From Octopus bimaculoides (taxonomy: Eukaryota): a stretch of 63,640 nucleotides of DNA. The stretch lies in contig NC_068981.1 in assembly GCF_001194135.2 (NCBI RefSeq), positions 146,280,917 to 146,344,556 on the forward strand, written 5' to 3'. Under the pieces are notes generated by a model. That model was not told the DNA's origin, did not search any database, and saw only the letters and a list, made by a program, of their open reading frames with translations. The position numbers and the translations under genes were made by a program. How positions within the stretch are numbered: position 1 is the stretch's first letter; every line of letters begins with the position of its first letter. Positions 12,181-24,959 of this stretch are shown here, piece by piece.

Positions 12181-12277
12181 GTTGTTGAAAGTGACTTCGA
12201 AGCATGGTCATCTAAGCCATCGTCTGACTGCCGACGATGGCTTAACTGGCCGAAACTTCGAAGTTACTGTCAACAAC
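12181..12277. ncRNA. Inverted pair of hammerhead-like motifs forming a ~97-bp palindrome
   Basis: Plus strand: CCGACGA-TGGCTTAACTGGCC-GAAA-CTTCGAAG-TT-ACTGTC. Minus strand: CAGACGA-TGGCTTAGATGACC-ATG-CTTCGAAG-TC-ACTTTC. Confidence 0.55.
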
Positions 12278-12381
12278 ATTCTTATTTAAGATGAATAACT
12301 TTTCACTCTATAAAAGAAGATAGTAACCCGTCATGTTAATGCAAATTTTTTTTTATTGTCATAATTGAATATAAAAACATT

Positions 12382-12450
<69 letters not shown>

Positions 12451-13144
12451 GATGATACAATCAGTTAATAAAAAGAATAGTGAATATAAAAAGTAGTCCC
12501 CAAATGTAAAACATACATTTCCAACAAATGATCGCATTTGCCGACAGCTGGAAGTTTCGAAGATTAATATTATCGATAAATGAATATTAATTTCAAATAT
12601 TTAAAGATTAGAATATGTAAATGAGTCTTTCAGTCCATCTCTCTGATGGATACATATATAAGTGAATGGTTGTGTGTGTATGTATATGTGTATTTATGTA
12701 TGTATTTATGTATGTAATTATGTATGTATGCATGTATGCGTGTATCAATTTATGTTTGCATATATACTACATGTTGGTCAGTATGTTTGCACGTATTTAT
12801 ACATGCCTACATATACACACCCAAGCACTCACACAAACAGGCACACGTACGCGCGCGCGCGCACACATATTTATATAAAAGTGCTAACACGCTAGCTTCA
12901 ACATGGCGCTTTTGCAGTGACACTGAGTTTTATTTATGGAGATTATTTAATGTATATTTTTGCATGGCAGTGAGAGATAAATAGCAAAATACATCAAGCT
13001 GAGGGGAAAACAGGAGAATTGACAGCAGAAACGTTGATGATTGTGCGTGTGTGCATATATACACATACACACACATGGGTATATATGTGTGTGTTCATGC
13101 ATATACGCGTGTGTGAGTGTGTGTGTGTGTGTGTATGTATACAT

Positions 13145-13325
13145 TCTTTTATTCTTTTATTTGTTTCAGCCATTTGACTGCAGCCATACCAAATCCACTC
13201 ACTAGGCTTTGGGTCGGCCCGAAGCTATAGTAGAAGACACCTAGCCATGGTGCCACGTAGTGGGACTGAACCCGGAACTATGTGGCTGGTAAGTAAGCCG
13301 CTTACCACACAACCACTCTTGCGTC
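13145..13325 (-). mobile_element. SINE family B
   Basis: gggactgaacccggaactatgtggctggtaagtaagccgcttaccacacaaccactcttgcgtc, the reverse of the family B head. Confidence 0.85.
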
Positions 13326-13800
13326 AATATATGTATGTGTGTATACATGTATACAGATATATGTGTGTATATATACGTTTGTGTGTGTGTTTGATTTGAC
13401 TTGTTCAGTCAACTGAATTACTGATTCGTTAAATGAAAAATGTAAGTGGCCGAGTATCCCTTAGTCACGTGTACCTTTAATATTATCCACATGACGAGCC
13501 AGCCTGTTAAATTATGTAACAAAACTGGGCATTGAAATTACAGGTAAAATCAATACGATTGGCTACCACACAAATTCCGTCATCCTAATTTCATTCACAA
13601 GGTTCGGGTCGAGGCTATAGTAAAGATAATGGTAAAGCGAATTTGCAAACCACGTGGCTGTGCCAGCATCCACATGTTAACGTGAAGTTTGATGTGACGA
13701 CAAACGGCAATGGTCGAATAACTATAATTATGCTCTTTACTATGGGTTCAGTAGTTTTTTCTCTTTTACCTTGTAACAATACCGTATATACGTAACGTAT

Positions 13801-14260
13801 AGGCGGTAACGTTTTTTTGCCTCTATAACATGGTTGTTCTTTAAGGAACTATGTTACTACATATAACCCCAGGAAAACGTCTTTTCCAGCTGGTTAACGA
13901 CACACAACCTGTGTTCGATATATTGTGAGTAAGGGAGCGAATCACTCCACTTCAGTTAGGCAAGACCAGTGGAGCATGGTTTCTGGGGCTTTACTTGTCA
14001 TTGGTACTGGACACCTGCCTGCTAGAGATGGCTGTCAATCGTCCCTATTCACAATATATAAACAGAGGAGTTGCAGACAGTCGCTGATCTCGTAAAGAGG
14101 AAAATAGTTAGTTCTAAAGTCTCTAAGTGAGATATAAGTAGTAACAATACTAGACCGTAACGTTTTTTTGCCACTATAACATGGCTGTTCTATAAAGAAC
14201 TATGTTACTACATTTCAACCCTAGGAAAACGTCTTTTCCAACTAGTTAACTGGTTAACGA
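13801..14260. repeat. ~105-bp direct repeat, two copies (13801-13905, 14153-14260)
   Basis: gtaacgtttttttgcc(t/a)ctataacatgg(t/c)tgttct...aggaaaacgtcttttcca in both copies. Confidence 0.85.
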
Positions 14261-15433
14261 TACATATATATATATATATATACACAAATAGTCACACACA
14301 CGCATAAACATTGTTTATAACAAGAGGAAAGTAATCACTACATGTTGTAGAGTATAATTCTGTTTATTGATGCTGTTTCCGTTCAGTTTCACCATAAGAC
14401 GTTGAATAAAACGACATGTTCTATAATGAAAAAATATTCTTTAATTTAAGGTTATATCATTTCAATATTTCATTGACTAATATAATAAATCACATGAGTG
14501 ATTTTTAATGGTTAGATATTTTCAACAGAAAAACTTTGAAAGAAGACAACTTTGGCAAATTTCTGCTGTTATAAAATCACCTTTGTTTAATTTGATGGCC
14601 AGCCAGAGGCTGTGGCAATGCTAGGGCACCACCTTTTTCTTTTTCTTTTTTTTTTTCTGGATTGAGCCGATATCCAAATTTTCCATATGGGTTCTCTGAT
14701 AACCATTGTTGGATGTGATGCACGTAAGAACATATTTTTATTGCGAGGAGGAGAGGAGCAACTTGACCTCTTAGTAGCATTTAATATTTCATCTTAATCT
14801 TTCATTCACATCTCGTGTTGCCTCTAAATCAACTGTAGGTTGTGAGCTCAACCGATCGGAAATCGAAATCTGCTGATACTAAAATATTCTTGAAGGTTTG
14901 TCAGCATGACGAGAAGTTTTTTTCTCCTTTTCAAGATGCAACCAGCATGTGACAGCAAGATCTTAAGTTTTTTCTTTCAAGCCTATCTTTCAAGCCGACT
15001 GAACTCCTTTGGTAGCTCGACTTGCAAGTCGAGCTACCAAGTCGAGCAGCCAAACCTTCCTAAGATCTTTTCTTACCTTCTTAAAGAAATATCATTTGAT
15101 CATGTAGCCTAGTGTTAAACAATGACTAAAAATAGGATGGTCATGGTTGGAATGATTCCGATAGTGATACATATTGGATGATGTAATCCTAGATACATTA
15201 TGTCTGAATTAATAACGTGATAGTCCCGGCTGGGACGACTTTGATCACAAGTCTCGTTGAGGCGGACGAACAACGCACACACACAAATGAAAGAGAAAAG
15301 ATGAAAAAGAGAGGCTTGCGTCTCTTACAAAAGATTGATAGGTAAAGATATTGAGAGAAAAGGAGAGAAGGGAAGAGGGAGAGTGGGGAGAGGGGGAGAG
15401 GAAGAGGGAGAGAGGGAGAGTGAGAGGGGAAGA

Positions 15434-15465
<32 letters not shown>

Positions 15466-16764
15466 GTATACGTGAGTGATCTGCTTCACACACATACATC
15501 AATTCACGAGCCACCTAAGAATCCTCTACGTAGTCGATTGACCCGCTGGCTTGAAAGATAGATACTTTTCTAAAGAAAAGACGAGCTAGTCACAGTTTGA
15601 ATACTTTTGACCATAATTCTTGTCAATTAGGACGGACCTGGGTTAAACAACAACAACGCTCACAGATAAACATAGAGTATATTTAGAAACAAGCTTACAC
15701 GATGCCAAATGATCATATTGTCTTCAGTATGATTCAAAGGCCTGTTGAACACATCATCAGCTACTCTTTGTATCTGTTAACGAGGATTCTATTTCCTTGC
15801 ACTCTTAGGAAATCAGCAGTTGTTTCCAAACAAATGAACTCTACCATATTTATCAAATTAATCTAAAACCTATAATACACACAGGCTCGTAGGTACGCAT
15901 GCATATATCTATAACTATCTTTTATATCTGTGTATGTGGGTGTGTGTGTGTGTGAATGTAAAGAAAGAGGGAGAGAGAGAGGGAGAGAGAGAACGACTGA
16001 GACAGAGACAGAGAGATAGAAAGGGAGAGAAAGAGAAATAGAGAGAGACAGAGAAAAGACAGAGTGGTGGATACAAGGTGAGGTGTGTTGTTGGATCTTG
16101 ATATTAACATTAATGTATTCTAATTAGATATATTTTTTTTTCGAACAGTAACATACAAGTATAACTCAATTATTACAAAAACACATGTTTTGGAATATAA
16201 TGTTTATTTCTATCTTTGGCACGCGGCCACAAATACCTAGAAGAGTTATACAGTCAATCTAGTTGATCTCACTACATGATTGAGACTTTTTTTTAACAAC
16301 ACTGGAGAGATCATATGCAACGTTAAACCTCGTAGGGTTTTGAACACAGAATGTTAGAGAAAACGAGTAAACACCACAATGCTTTTGATTAATCCGGTAC
16401 TTTATTATTTCTACTAGATGTGGGCATTGTGTTTTAGAGCATACAATGTACATGTTATAGTATATAAAACTGAAGTAGCAGAATTATAGGAAACTGGTTA
16501 TAATCTATGCTAACAACCATCTTGTATAAAAAGTTCGCGAAGGGGAACTAATTATTTTGTCGCAAAGAACAGGAAAAACTTTTTGACAGGGCATTTCATC
16601 AACATTCTATATTTCTCCAAAAGTTGAGACTTCTCACTTTTCTCATGGCGAAATGCTTTAATCCGCATTGTGAAGTTTTCGTACACCAAACTATATCAGT
16701 GCAACGAATAATATGTAGGTTTCTATAATTTTCGTGAAAGCGCATGTCCTAGTAGAACGGATGC

Positions 16765-16970
16765 TATACTCACGATCTCGCTCGCAATCGCGGTTTCGAC
16801 CCGCAGACTGGATAATGTGTTGTGTTCTTGATAAAAACACTTTATTTCCCGTTGCTCCAGTCCACTCAGCTGTAAATGAGTAACCCTGTGACAAACTGGC
16901 GTCCCGTTCAAGGAGAATGTTGTGATCTCCATCACATACGAATGGAAACCAGGTAATCGGTCCAGGAGTC
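16765..16970 (+). mobile_element. SINE family D
   Basis: gcggtttcgacccgcagactgg...tgtgttcttgataaaaacac...ccagtccactcagctgtaaatgagtaaccctg. Confidence 0.75.
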
Positions 16971-17275
16971 GAGAAAGTTCTTATTTATCTATATTTCATT
17001 CATTTTTTTCTCTGAATTCAAATAAAAATTTATTATTATATAGAAGTAAGGTATGTACATTTCATTTGCCAAAATTACGTTGATGCCTAAATACAATACA
17101 TTTCAACTGAAATGTAAGGTAAATTTAAAAGGCAGCGTCTATGAGTAGCTGAAATATCGGACTTGATTATGTTGCACATTTTATGGCTACATCCGTCTCG
17201 ATATCAGCTAAATATGAAATATAGTGTATATGGGATTTTGTAGTCCCTATAGGTCGTGTGTGGTGTAGTGAGTGT

Positions 17276-17673
17276 GGAGGCGCAATGGCCCAGTGGTTAG
17301 GGCAGCGGTCTCGCGGTCACAGGATCGCGGTTTCGATTCCCAGACCGGGCGTTGTGAGTGTTCATTGAGTGAAAACACCTAAAGCTCCACGAGGCTCCGG
17401 CAGGGGATGGTGGCGAACCCTGCTGTACTCTTTCACCACAACTTTCTCTCACTCTTTCTTTCCTGTTTCTGTTGTACCTGTATTTCAAAGGGCCAGCTTT
17501 GTCACATTGTGTCACGCTGAATATCCCCGAGAACTACGTTAAGGGTACACGTGTCTGTGGAGTGCTCAGCCACTTGCACGTTAATTTCATAAGCAGGCTG
17601 TTCCGCTGATCGGATCAACTGGAACTCTCGACGTCGTAAGCGACGGAGTGCCAACAACAACAACGACAACAAC
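17276..17673 (+). mobile_element. tRNA-derived SINE family C, full length with (AAC)n tail
   Basis: Head ggaggcgcaatggcccagtggttagggcagcgg...ggtttcgattcccagacc; closely similar inverted copy at 45948-46330. Confidence 0.9.
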
Positions 17674-19469
17674 GGTGTAGTGAATAAAGAGTAGTGCCTT
17701 TGTAAACCTGTGAGTTTCACATCTTCAGACGCGAACCAGAGTACTGGCCTCTGACTACTACATAGCTCTTTCTTATGGCTTCATGAAGTCAGTAGGCCAG
17801 ACCGACGGCCCCACAATGGTATTTCACTTCAGTTAGAGTGCAAAACAAAGTAGAAAATATCCACAATTTCGGAAGGATTGCCGTAAAGGGAATGCCACAC
17901 CTTCAGAGCCCGAAGACTGAAATGACCGATGAGGCAAAAGAATCCAATATGATCAGTGGCTCAGAAAGTATGTCAGCAAATTGTGTGACGCTTCTAGAAC
18001 ATTCTTTTGACAGAATACAGACTTGTGGTCCCACTATGTACATAATTACACTCGTAGTAAATCATTCGTCTTAAACTACTCAACTAGAAACCCTTAATAT
18101 TCAACCCACTGAGAGCTAAGAGTAGAAAAGTCCCTGCAGTGTTCGTATCTCCTCGTACAACTTATTTAACATAATTTAACATCTTCACATTTAAAGAGTA
18201 CTTTTTTAGTCCCACAAGTGAAGTTTTTATTAAAACAAAGCATTTTCACCATCAACTTCCATTGTGTAGGATTTCGTAAATGAAGCCAAGACCATTCCAA
18301 GCTAACAGAAAAGCTCAATATGGAAAATTATTTTAAGCTTTAGAAGTTCTGAATCTCCGTTAATAAAGGCATTGTCAGCTTTTCTTTGACAAATCATTGA
18401 ACATACAACTAATAAATTTATAAATAAATAATATTCAGCTTCCAAAGTCAAAAGCAAATGGAAAAGGAAGAAATATCTCTACTTTAGGCCATCGATCATA
18501 TAAAGACAAATTCTAAAAGCGACCAAACCTTTTGCATTCATTATTATCTGGCTTTAGCAAGAATCTGCCTGTCTATCTATGGTGCTATTTGTAGGTCGAC
18601 TTTATTTTTGCTTCCGTGTTATTCATTATTCAAAATATACCAATCATCTAACAGAGGCAATGTCAACAGCCATTCGTCAATTACTTTACCAGTTGTCAAC
18701 TTAATTCTGTGATATTCGGTTGAAATATATCTGCTCTTTAAAATATAGCAGATTTATTTTTTCTCTCTCTCGCTCTATTCTGTTCAATTTGAGGCATAAG
18801 GTCAAATGTTATTCACGTTTAACGTGAAATAAGATATTAAGTTATTTCCTGAGTAGGCACGTTTTTTAAATACCAGGATTTAGTTATTGTATATATTTTG
18901 TCACAGTAGAATTAACTATTTGTAAGTTGGGCAGCAGCAGACATCAATTACATGAAACATATCGCTGTTAGAAAATAAAGAGTAGTTTATTTATTTAATC
19001 TCCCAAAAAATTGACAGTTTGATCTACTGACTGTAAAATGTTAGTTTCTTCCTCTGTGTAGTAACGCAAAAATAACAAAATATTTAGTTTTTGAAGTGCC
19101 TGTGTTATTAGGAAACAATGGTAAAAACTCTATAGGTTGAAACGTAACTTCTAGAAACGGTTGCAGTTGAAAAAGACAGCAACTGCTCTGTCTGCAACAC
19201 TAAGACCGAGCTGGAAGCCCATAAGAAAGAGGTTTTTGAAGATTTTTCCCAGGGACACAGTGAGGAACGCATGCGCTAGGTTCCGGAGCTGTCCCGAAGC
19301 TGAGGGCGGCTACTTTAGGTAAACTGTTCTTTGGGTAAGCCATGAATATATTATATACATTGTATTCTCTAAAACACAGTGCCCACATGTGGTAGAAATA
19401 GTAAGTTTCAGATTAATCAAATGTGTGTGTGTGTGTGTGAGAGAGAGAGAAAGAGAGAGTGTGCGTGTG

Positions 19470-19690
19470 TGTGTGTCTTTGTGTTTGGCCCCACCACTGC
19501 TTGACAATTGGTGTTGGTTTGTTTACGTCCCCGTAACCTAGCGGATCGAGAAAAGGAGATCGTTAGAATAAGTACCGGTTTTGAAAAAAGGTAAGCACTA
19601 GTTTCGTATTGTTCGACTGAAATACGTCAGGGCGGGGCCCCAGCCTGGCCGCATTCTAATGACTGAAACATGTAGAACATTTAAAATAAA
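19470..19690 (+). mobile_element. SINE family B, 3' portion
   Basis: ccaccactgcttgacaattggtgttggtttgtttacgtccccgtaacctagcgg matches 1380-1560. Confidence 0.75.
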
Positions 19691-21101
19691 AGGTGGAAGG
19701 TATCTATCTATCTATCTATCTATCTCTTTCTCTCTCTCTCTCTCTCTCTCTNNNNNNNNNNNNNNNNNNNNNNNNNNNNNNNNNNNNNNNNNNNNNNNNN
19801 NNNNNNNNNNNNNNNNNNNNNNNNNNNNNNNNNNNNNNNNNNNNNNNNNNNNNNNNNNNNNNNNNNNNNNNNNNNNNNNNNNNNNNNNNNNNNNNNNNNN
19901 NNNNNNNNNNNNNNNNNNNNNNNNNNNNNNNNNNNNNNNNNNNNNNNNNNNNNNNNNNNNNNNNNNNNNNNNNNNNNNNNNNNNNNNNNNNNNNNNNNNN
20001 NNNNNNNNNNNNNNNNNNNNNNNNNNNNNNNNNNNNNNNNNNNNNNNNNNNNNNNNNNNNNNNNNNNNNNNNNNNNNNNNNNNNNNNNNNNNNNNNNNNN
20101 NNNNNNNNNNNNNNNNNNNNNNNNNNNNNNNNNNNNNNNNNNNNNNNNNNNNNNNNNNNNNNNNNNNNNNNNNNNNNNNNNNNNNNAACATTATTATAGA
20201 CAGCAGTTTCCAATGTTTTACCAAAAAACAAAACTATAATTGTCACTAAATGTGACTAGGGTGTAAGAAACACCTACATTGCTAGAAAAATAAGAGCGAA
20301 AATGCTCTAATGTTGTAGTCAAAGCATATAATTGTATACATATACAGTGAAGGGGACTATATATTATAGCTTGTAGTGGTTATATATTAATGGATATGTA
20401 GTGTTTTATTATTAATTTTTGAATGATGAAATAATATATTTCACTCATAATTATTATATCATTAGTTAAATTTATTTCAATCGTGTTTGTTTTGTTTCGG
20501 AGAGGTTTTAATAAAGCTTTAACTTTTATCATAGTAACTTTTATTATAGTAACTATGGAAGACTGGTGGGATTATTATTTATATGGACTTAAAGATTGGT
20601 CGCGATTTAGCATATAATTTAGTTATTGCAGTTTACTATTAATGCTGATGCAATGTACATTGGTTTATATGTTTCTTTATTGTAGTTTTATTAAAGTTAG
20701 TGTTTAATCCTGCCTATAAATTGTTTGATTAAATGAATGTGGTTATTAAGCTTTCGCTTTTATATTATATTATGGAAAACGGTAGGGATTATAATTTTTG
20801 TATGACAATGGATTGGTCGCTGTTTAGTTACGTATTTAGGAGTCGGTTGTAATTTACATATTGAATTCATTTACCGATACGGTTGTACATAGGGTAAATG
20901 TGTTTGAAAGTTGTGCGTTCTTTGCTTTGTTTGTTCCCAAACAACACTTATTTGAGTGCTGTCGACACCGCCGGATTGAATGGTACTTCCCAGGTGTCGA
21001 AACTATAATGATATCCGTGGAGCAGCTGATGATGGAGGTATGTTGGATTGTTGGTATGGTTGTTTTTGTATATGTGGCACAGTGTTATAACACATCCTTT
21101 T

Positions 21102-21138
<37 letters not shown>

Positions 21139-23184
21139 NNNNNNNNNNNNNNNNNNNNNNNNNNNNNNNNNNNNNNNNNNNNNNNNNNNNNNNNNNNNNN
21201 NNNNNNNNNNNNNNNNNNNNNNNNNNNNNNNNNNNNNNNNNNNNNNNNNNNNNNNNNNNNNNNNNNNNNNNNNNNNNNNNNNNNNNNNNNNNNNNNNNNN
21301 NNNNNNNNNNNNNNNNNNNNNNNNNNNNNNNNNNNNNNNNNNNNNNNNNNNNNNNNNNNNNNNNNNNNNNNNNNNNNNNNNNNNNNNNNNNNNNNNNNNN
21401 NNNNNNNNNNNNNNNNNNNNNNNNNNNNNNNNNNNNNNNNNAGATTATTAATAAATCAAAACTTGAGTTAGTCCCAAATTTTAATAATAACGCCAGCAGA
21501 TGTCGATCATTGTACACCCACTTCAGAGATAAGGTTGTGAAACAGAAATAATCAGCTAAGCAGAGAAAGTGAAAGAAAGAGTGAAAGAAATAGACAGACA
21601 GACAGACAGACAGAAAAGGAGAGAGAGAGAGAGAAAGAGTTGGTGCAAAAATGTAAGTGAAGCAATCTAAGGAGTAACGTGCAAGACAGCAATACTTTAA
21701 GGAATAGTGAATGAAATGAAATAAATGAAAGGTCATAGCGATATGAATTAATAAGAAAGCTGATAAAGCTGATAATAATATTTAATAATATTAAGTAACA
21801 TATGTTACTGTAGAAAATAATGGTAGGATATACTTGTAGATATTACAAAGATGTGAAGTAGCACACGTCAGGGATAATACAATAACGGGAGAAAACTGGA
21901 AAGCAAATTAATTGTTACTATAATGACGGAAATGAATAAAATGTGTGGAAACAATGCGATATTTAGATGTGACTCATAGTGTGAAAACAACGTCAAAGTG
22001 CACAGGATATTAATTCCCAACAAATCAGTTGTCTTTGCTGCAAATGTCTCCAAAACGGTAATTATCATACGCTAAGTGACGCTTTTTTTCTTTTTACATC
22101 TTCGTGTATGATGAGTATTAGTAATATTCAAAACCTTGTTAAGTCAAAGTTATTTCATGTACAAGGAAGAGAATAAAAATAATATAGGTTTCAAGTGATA
22201 GAATATGACAACTGATGGTAGACAGGAATAAATAACATCTTCCAGACACAAAAAACATCTTTTATATTGCTACCAGTTAGATAGCGACGTGGTATAACTT
22301 GGGTCATGCGTAGTCATGGCTGACGACCTGCACGTTTGTAGACTACTCGATCTAGGGAATTAGTTGTTTGTCTTCTTGATATCGTCATTATTCAAGTTGT
22401 TGTTGGGTAGATTCAACAACACCAACAGCGAAAGGCATACATATTCATACCGAACTGGAAGTTATCGCATATTACTGTCATAAATTAAATGTTTTTGACA
22501 GGAGCTATAATGAAGACAAAATTAATGGCTTACAATATATGGTGATTCGTTTTCTGCTTTTAAATCCTCGTCTATTTTAATTTGCTGCGTCATCTCTTTC
22601 GTTATTCTTTATTCGCTTCGTCTTTGTTTGTCTTAACCACCTCCAACTCGGGTTTCTTTGTCTCCTTTCTCATCTGTCAATTCAACAGCTCTTCACAAAT
22701 TATCTCTTCTTCTGTCTTCTATAGAATTTAGTCAACCAATTCAATAAAGCATCGTAATCATTTAACCAACCAATGTACCAATTTATCTTCATCATCGAGA
22801 GAGATACACGGCTAGCTTATCACAAGATACAATGTAATTAACTATGAAACAATATCTACTAAAAAAATTAATTTATTAATTAACCAACCAGCCAGCCAGC
22901 CAGCCAGCCAACCTGCCAACCAGAATATGCTTTTTAAATACCACCTAATTAATCAAGTAACAATTTTTCTACGATCCAACGAGGAAGCTACTATGTAGCC
23001 GTTCGACTTGTTAGACATAGCAGCCAAATCTTTCTCAAATCATATCATATTGCTTTACTTGAAGGATTACATTGAATGATATAGATTTAAATCCATTGTC
23101 AGAAGAGGAAAGCGAGATGATCTCGAGACTGTTATAGTGATTTATCTTTCGTCGATGATAAAAAATAGGATAAAGATTCTTCTC

Positions 23185-23420
23185 CAGCGATATAGACTCA
23201 TAAGAGCCGGTTTCCCGGTTTCCATGAGGTACATATATTTCTCCATTGGACGGAACGCCGGTCTGTCATAGGATTACTCATTTTTTTCCAGCTGAGTAAC
23301 TGCAGTAACGTGGAATGAAGTGTTTTGCTCAAGAACACAACGCATCGCTCGGTCCTGGAATCGAAACCACAATCTCACGATTATGAGTTCAACGCCCTAA
23401 CCACCAAATCACGCGCCTCC
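23185..23420 (-). mobile_element. SINE family D
   Basis: gtgttttgctcaagaacacaacgcatcgctcggtcctggaatcgaaaccacaatctcacgattatgagttcaacgccctaaccac. Confidence 0.85.
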
Positions 23421-23916
23421 ATGACTCGACGACGGCTGACCGGGAGCAGAGACAGTAACTGCATCATCATCAACAGCAACAACAACAACTACTACTACTA
23501 CTACTACTACTACTACACTAAGCAAATAAGGAATTGATCAAACTGCAATAACGAGATTTAACTTAAAACGAATCACTAAACTAAGAAGTCATTCTACTAA
23601 CTAAACAGCATAATAAAACTACATCGCTTGGTTTTTTTATGTACTGAGTTTCTACCATTTCAATAAGACATATTCACGTGTCGATATAATCGCCTCTACC
23701 TCGTGTACATACATATATGTTCCCTTCGCCCTTCGTTAATGATGAACCTGCTGTTAAAAAAATTTCTCTTCCAGTTTAGAAGTTCTTTTTTTTTTGTCTT
23801 TTCTACATTGTTACGGTTAGACATTTAATGTTGCAAGTAATCTGACTTATGCTTTTGAGAGATGGGATTTCCGACCATCGTGTATACATACATACATACA
23901 TACATACATACATACA

Positions 23917-23952
<36 letters not shown>

Positions 23953-24959
23953 TACATATATACATACANNNNNNNNNNNNNNNNNNNNNNNNNNNNNNNN
24001 NNNNNNNNNNNNNNNNNNNNNNNNNNNNNNNNNNNNNNNNNNNNNNNNNNNNNNNNNNNNNNNNNNNNNNNNNNNNNNNNNNNNNNNNNNNNNNNNNNNN
24101 NNNNNNNNNNNNNNNNNNNNNNNNNNNNNNNNNNNNNNNNNNNNNNNNNNNNNNNNNNNNNNNNNNNNNNNNNNNNNNNNNNNNNNNNNNNNNNNNNNNN
24201 NNNNNNNNNNNNNNNNNNNNNNNNNNNNNNNNNNNNNNNNNNNNNNNNNNNNNNNNNNNNNNNNNNNNNNNNNNNNNNNNNNNNNNNNNNNNNNNNNNNN
24301 NNNNNNNNNNNNNNNNNNNNNNNNNNNNNNNNNNNNNNNNNNNNNNNNNNNNNNNNNNNNNNNNNNNNNNNNNNNNNNNNNNNNNNNNNNNNNNNNNNNN
24401 NNNNNNNNNNNNNNNNNNNNNNNNNNNNNNNNNNNNNNNNNNNNNNNNNNNNNNNNNNNNNNNNNNNNNNNNNNNNNNNNNNNNNNNNNNNNNNNNNNNN
24501 NNNNNNNNNNNNNNNNNNNNNNNNNNNNNNNNNNNNNNNNNNNNNNNNNNNNNNNNNNNNNNNNNNNNNNNNNNNNNNNNNNNNNNNNNNNNNNNNNNNN
24601 NNNNNNNNNNNNNNNNNNNNNNNNNNNNNNNNNNNNNNNNNNNNNNNNNNNNNNNNNNNNNNNNNNNNNNNNNNNNNNNNNNNNNNNNNNNNNNNNNNNN
24701 NNNNNNNNNNNNNNNNNNNNNNNNNNNNNNNNNNNNNNNNNNNNNNNNNNNTATATATAAGAAAGAAAAGAAATGTAAGAGTCACAGAAAGTTTGTATAA
24801 TAAAATTTATGGTGATATTAGGATCATATTACATCATTATATCATTACAAATTAAATAAGTACCGGTTTCACAATCAAACGATTGTCAACTTCTATAGAG
24901 AAAACATTTTTGCTGTCAATAGGACGCTGTCAATAGGACGCCATCTCAAGTAATGTGAC

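Noticed and set aside
20965-21010. GACACC/GGTGTC-GAAAC stem sharing caccgccggat with the 9023 motif; also a minus-strand FRHLGSTI resembling an RT YLG motif
   Set aside because: The core register does not fit CNGANGA, helix III is unpaired, and neither reading is supported by flanking motifs.
22530-22725. K/E-rich minus-strand stretch with splice-like ends
   Set aside because: All three frames close after either acceptor; it is a purine-rich tract, not an exon.
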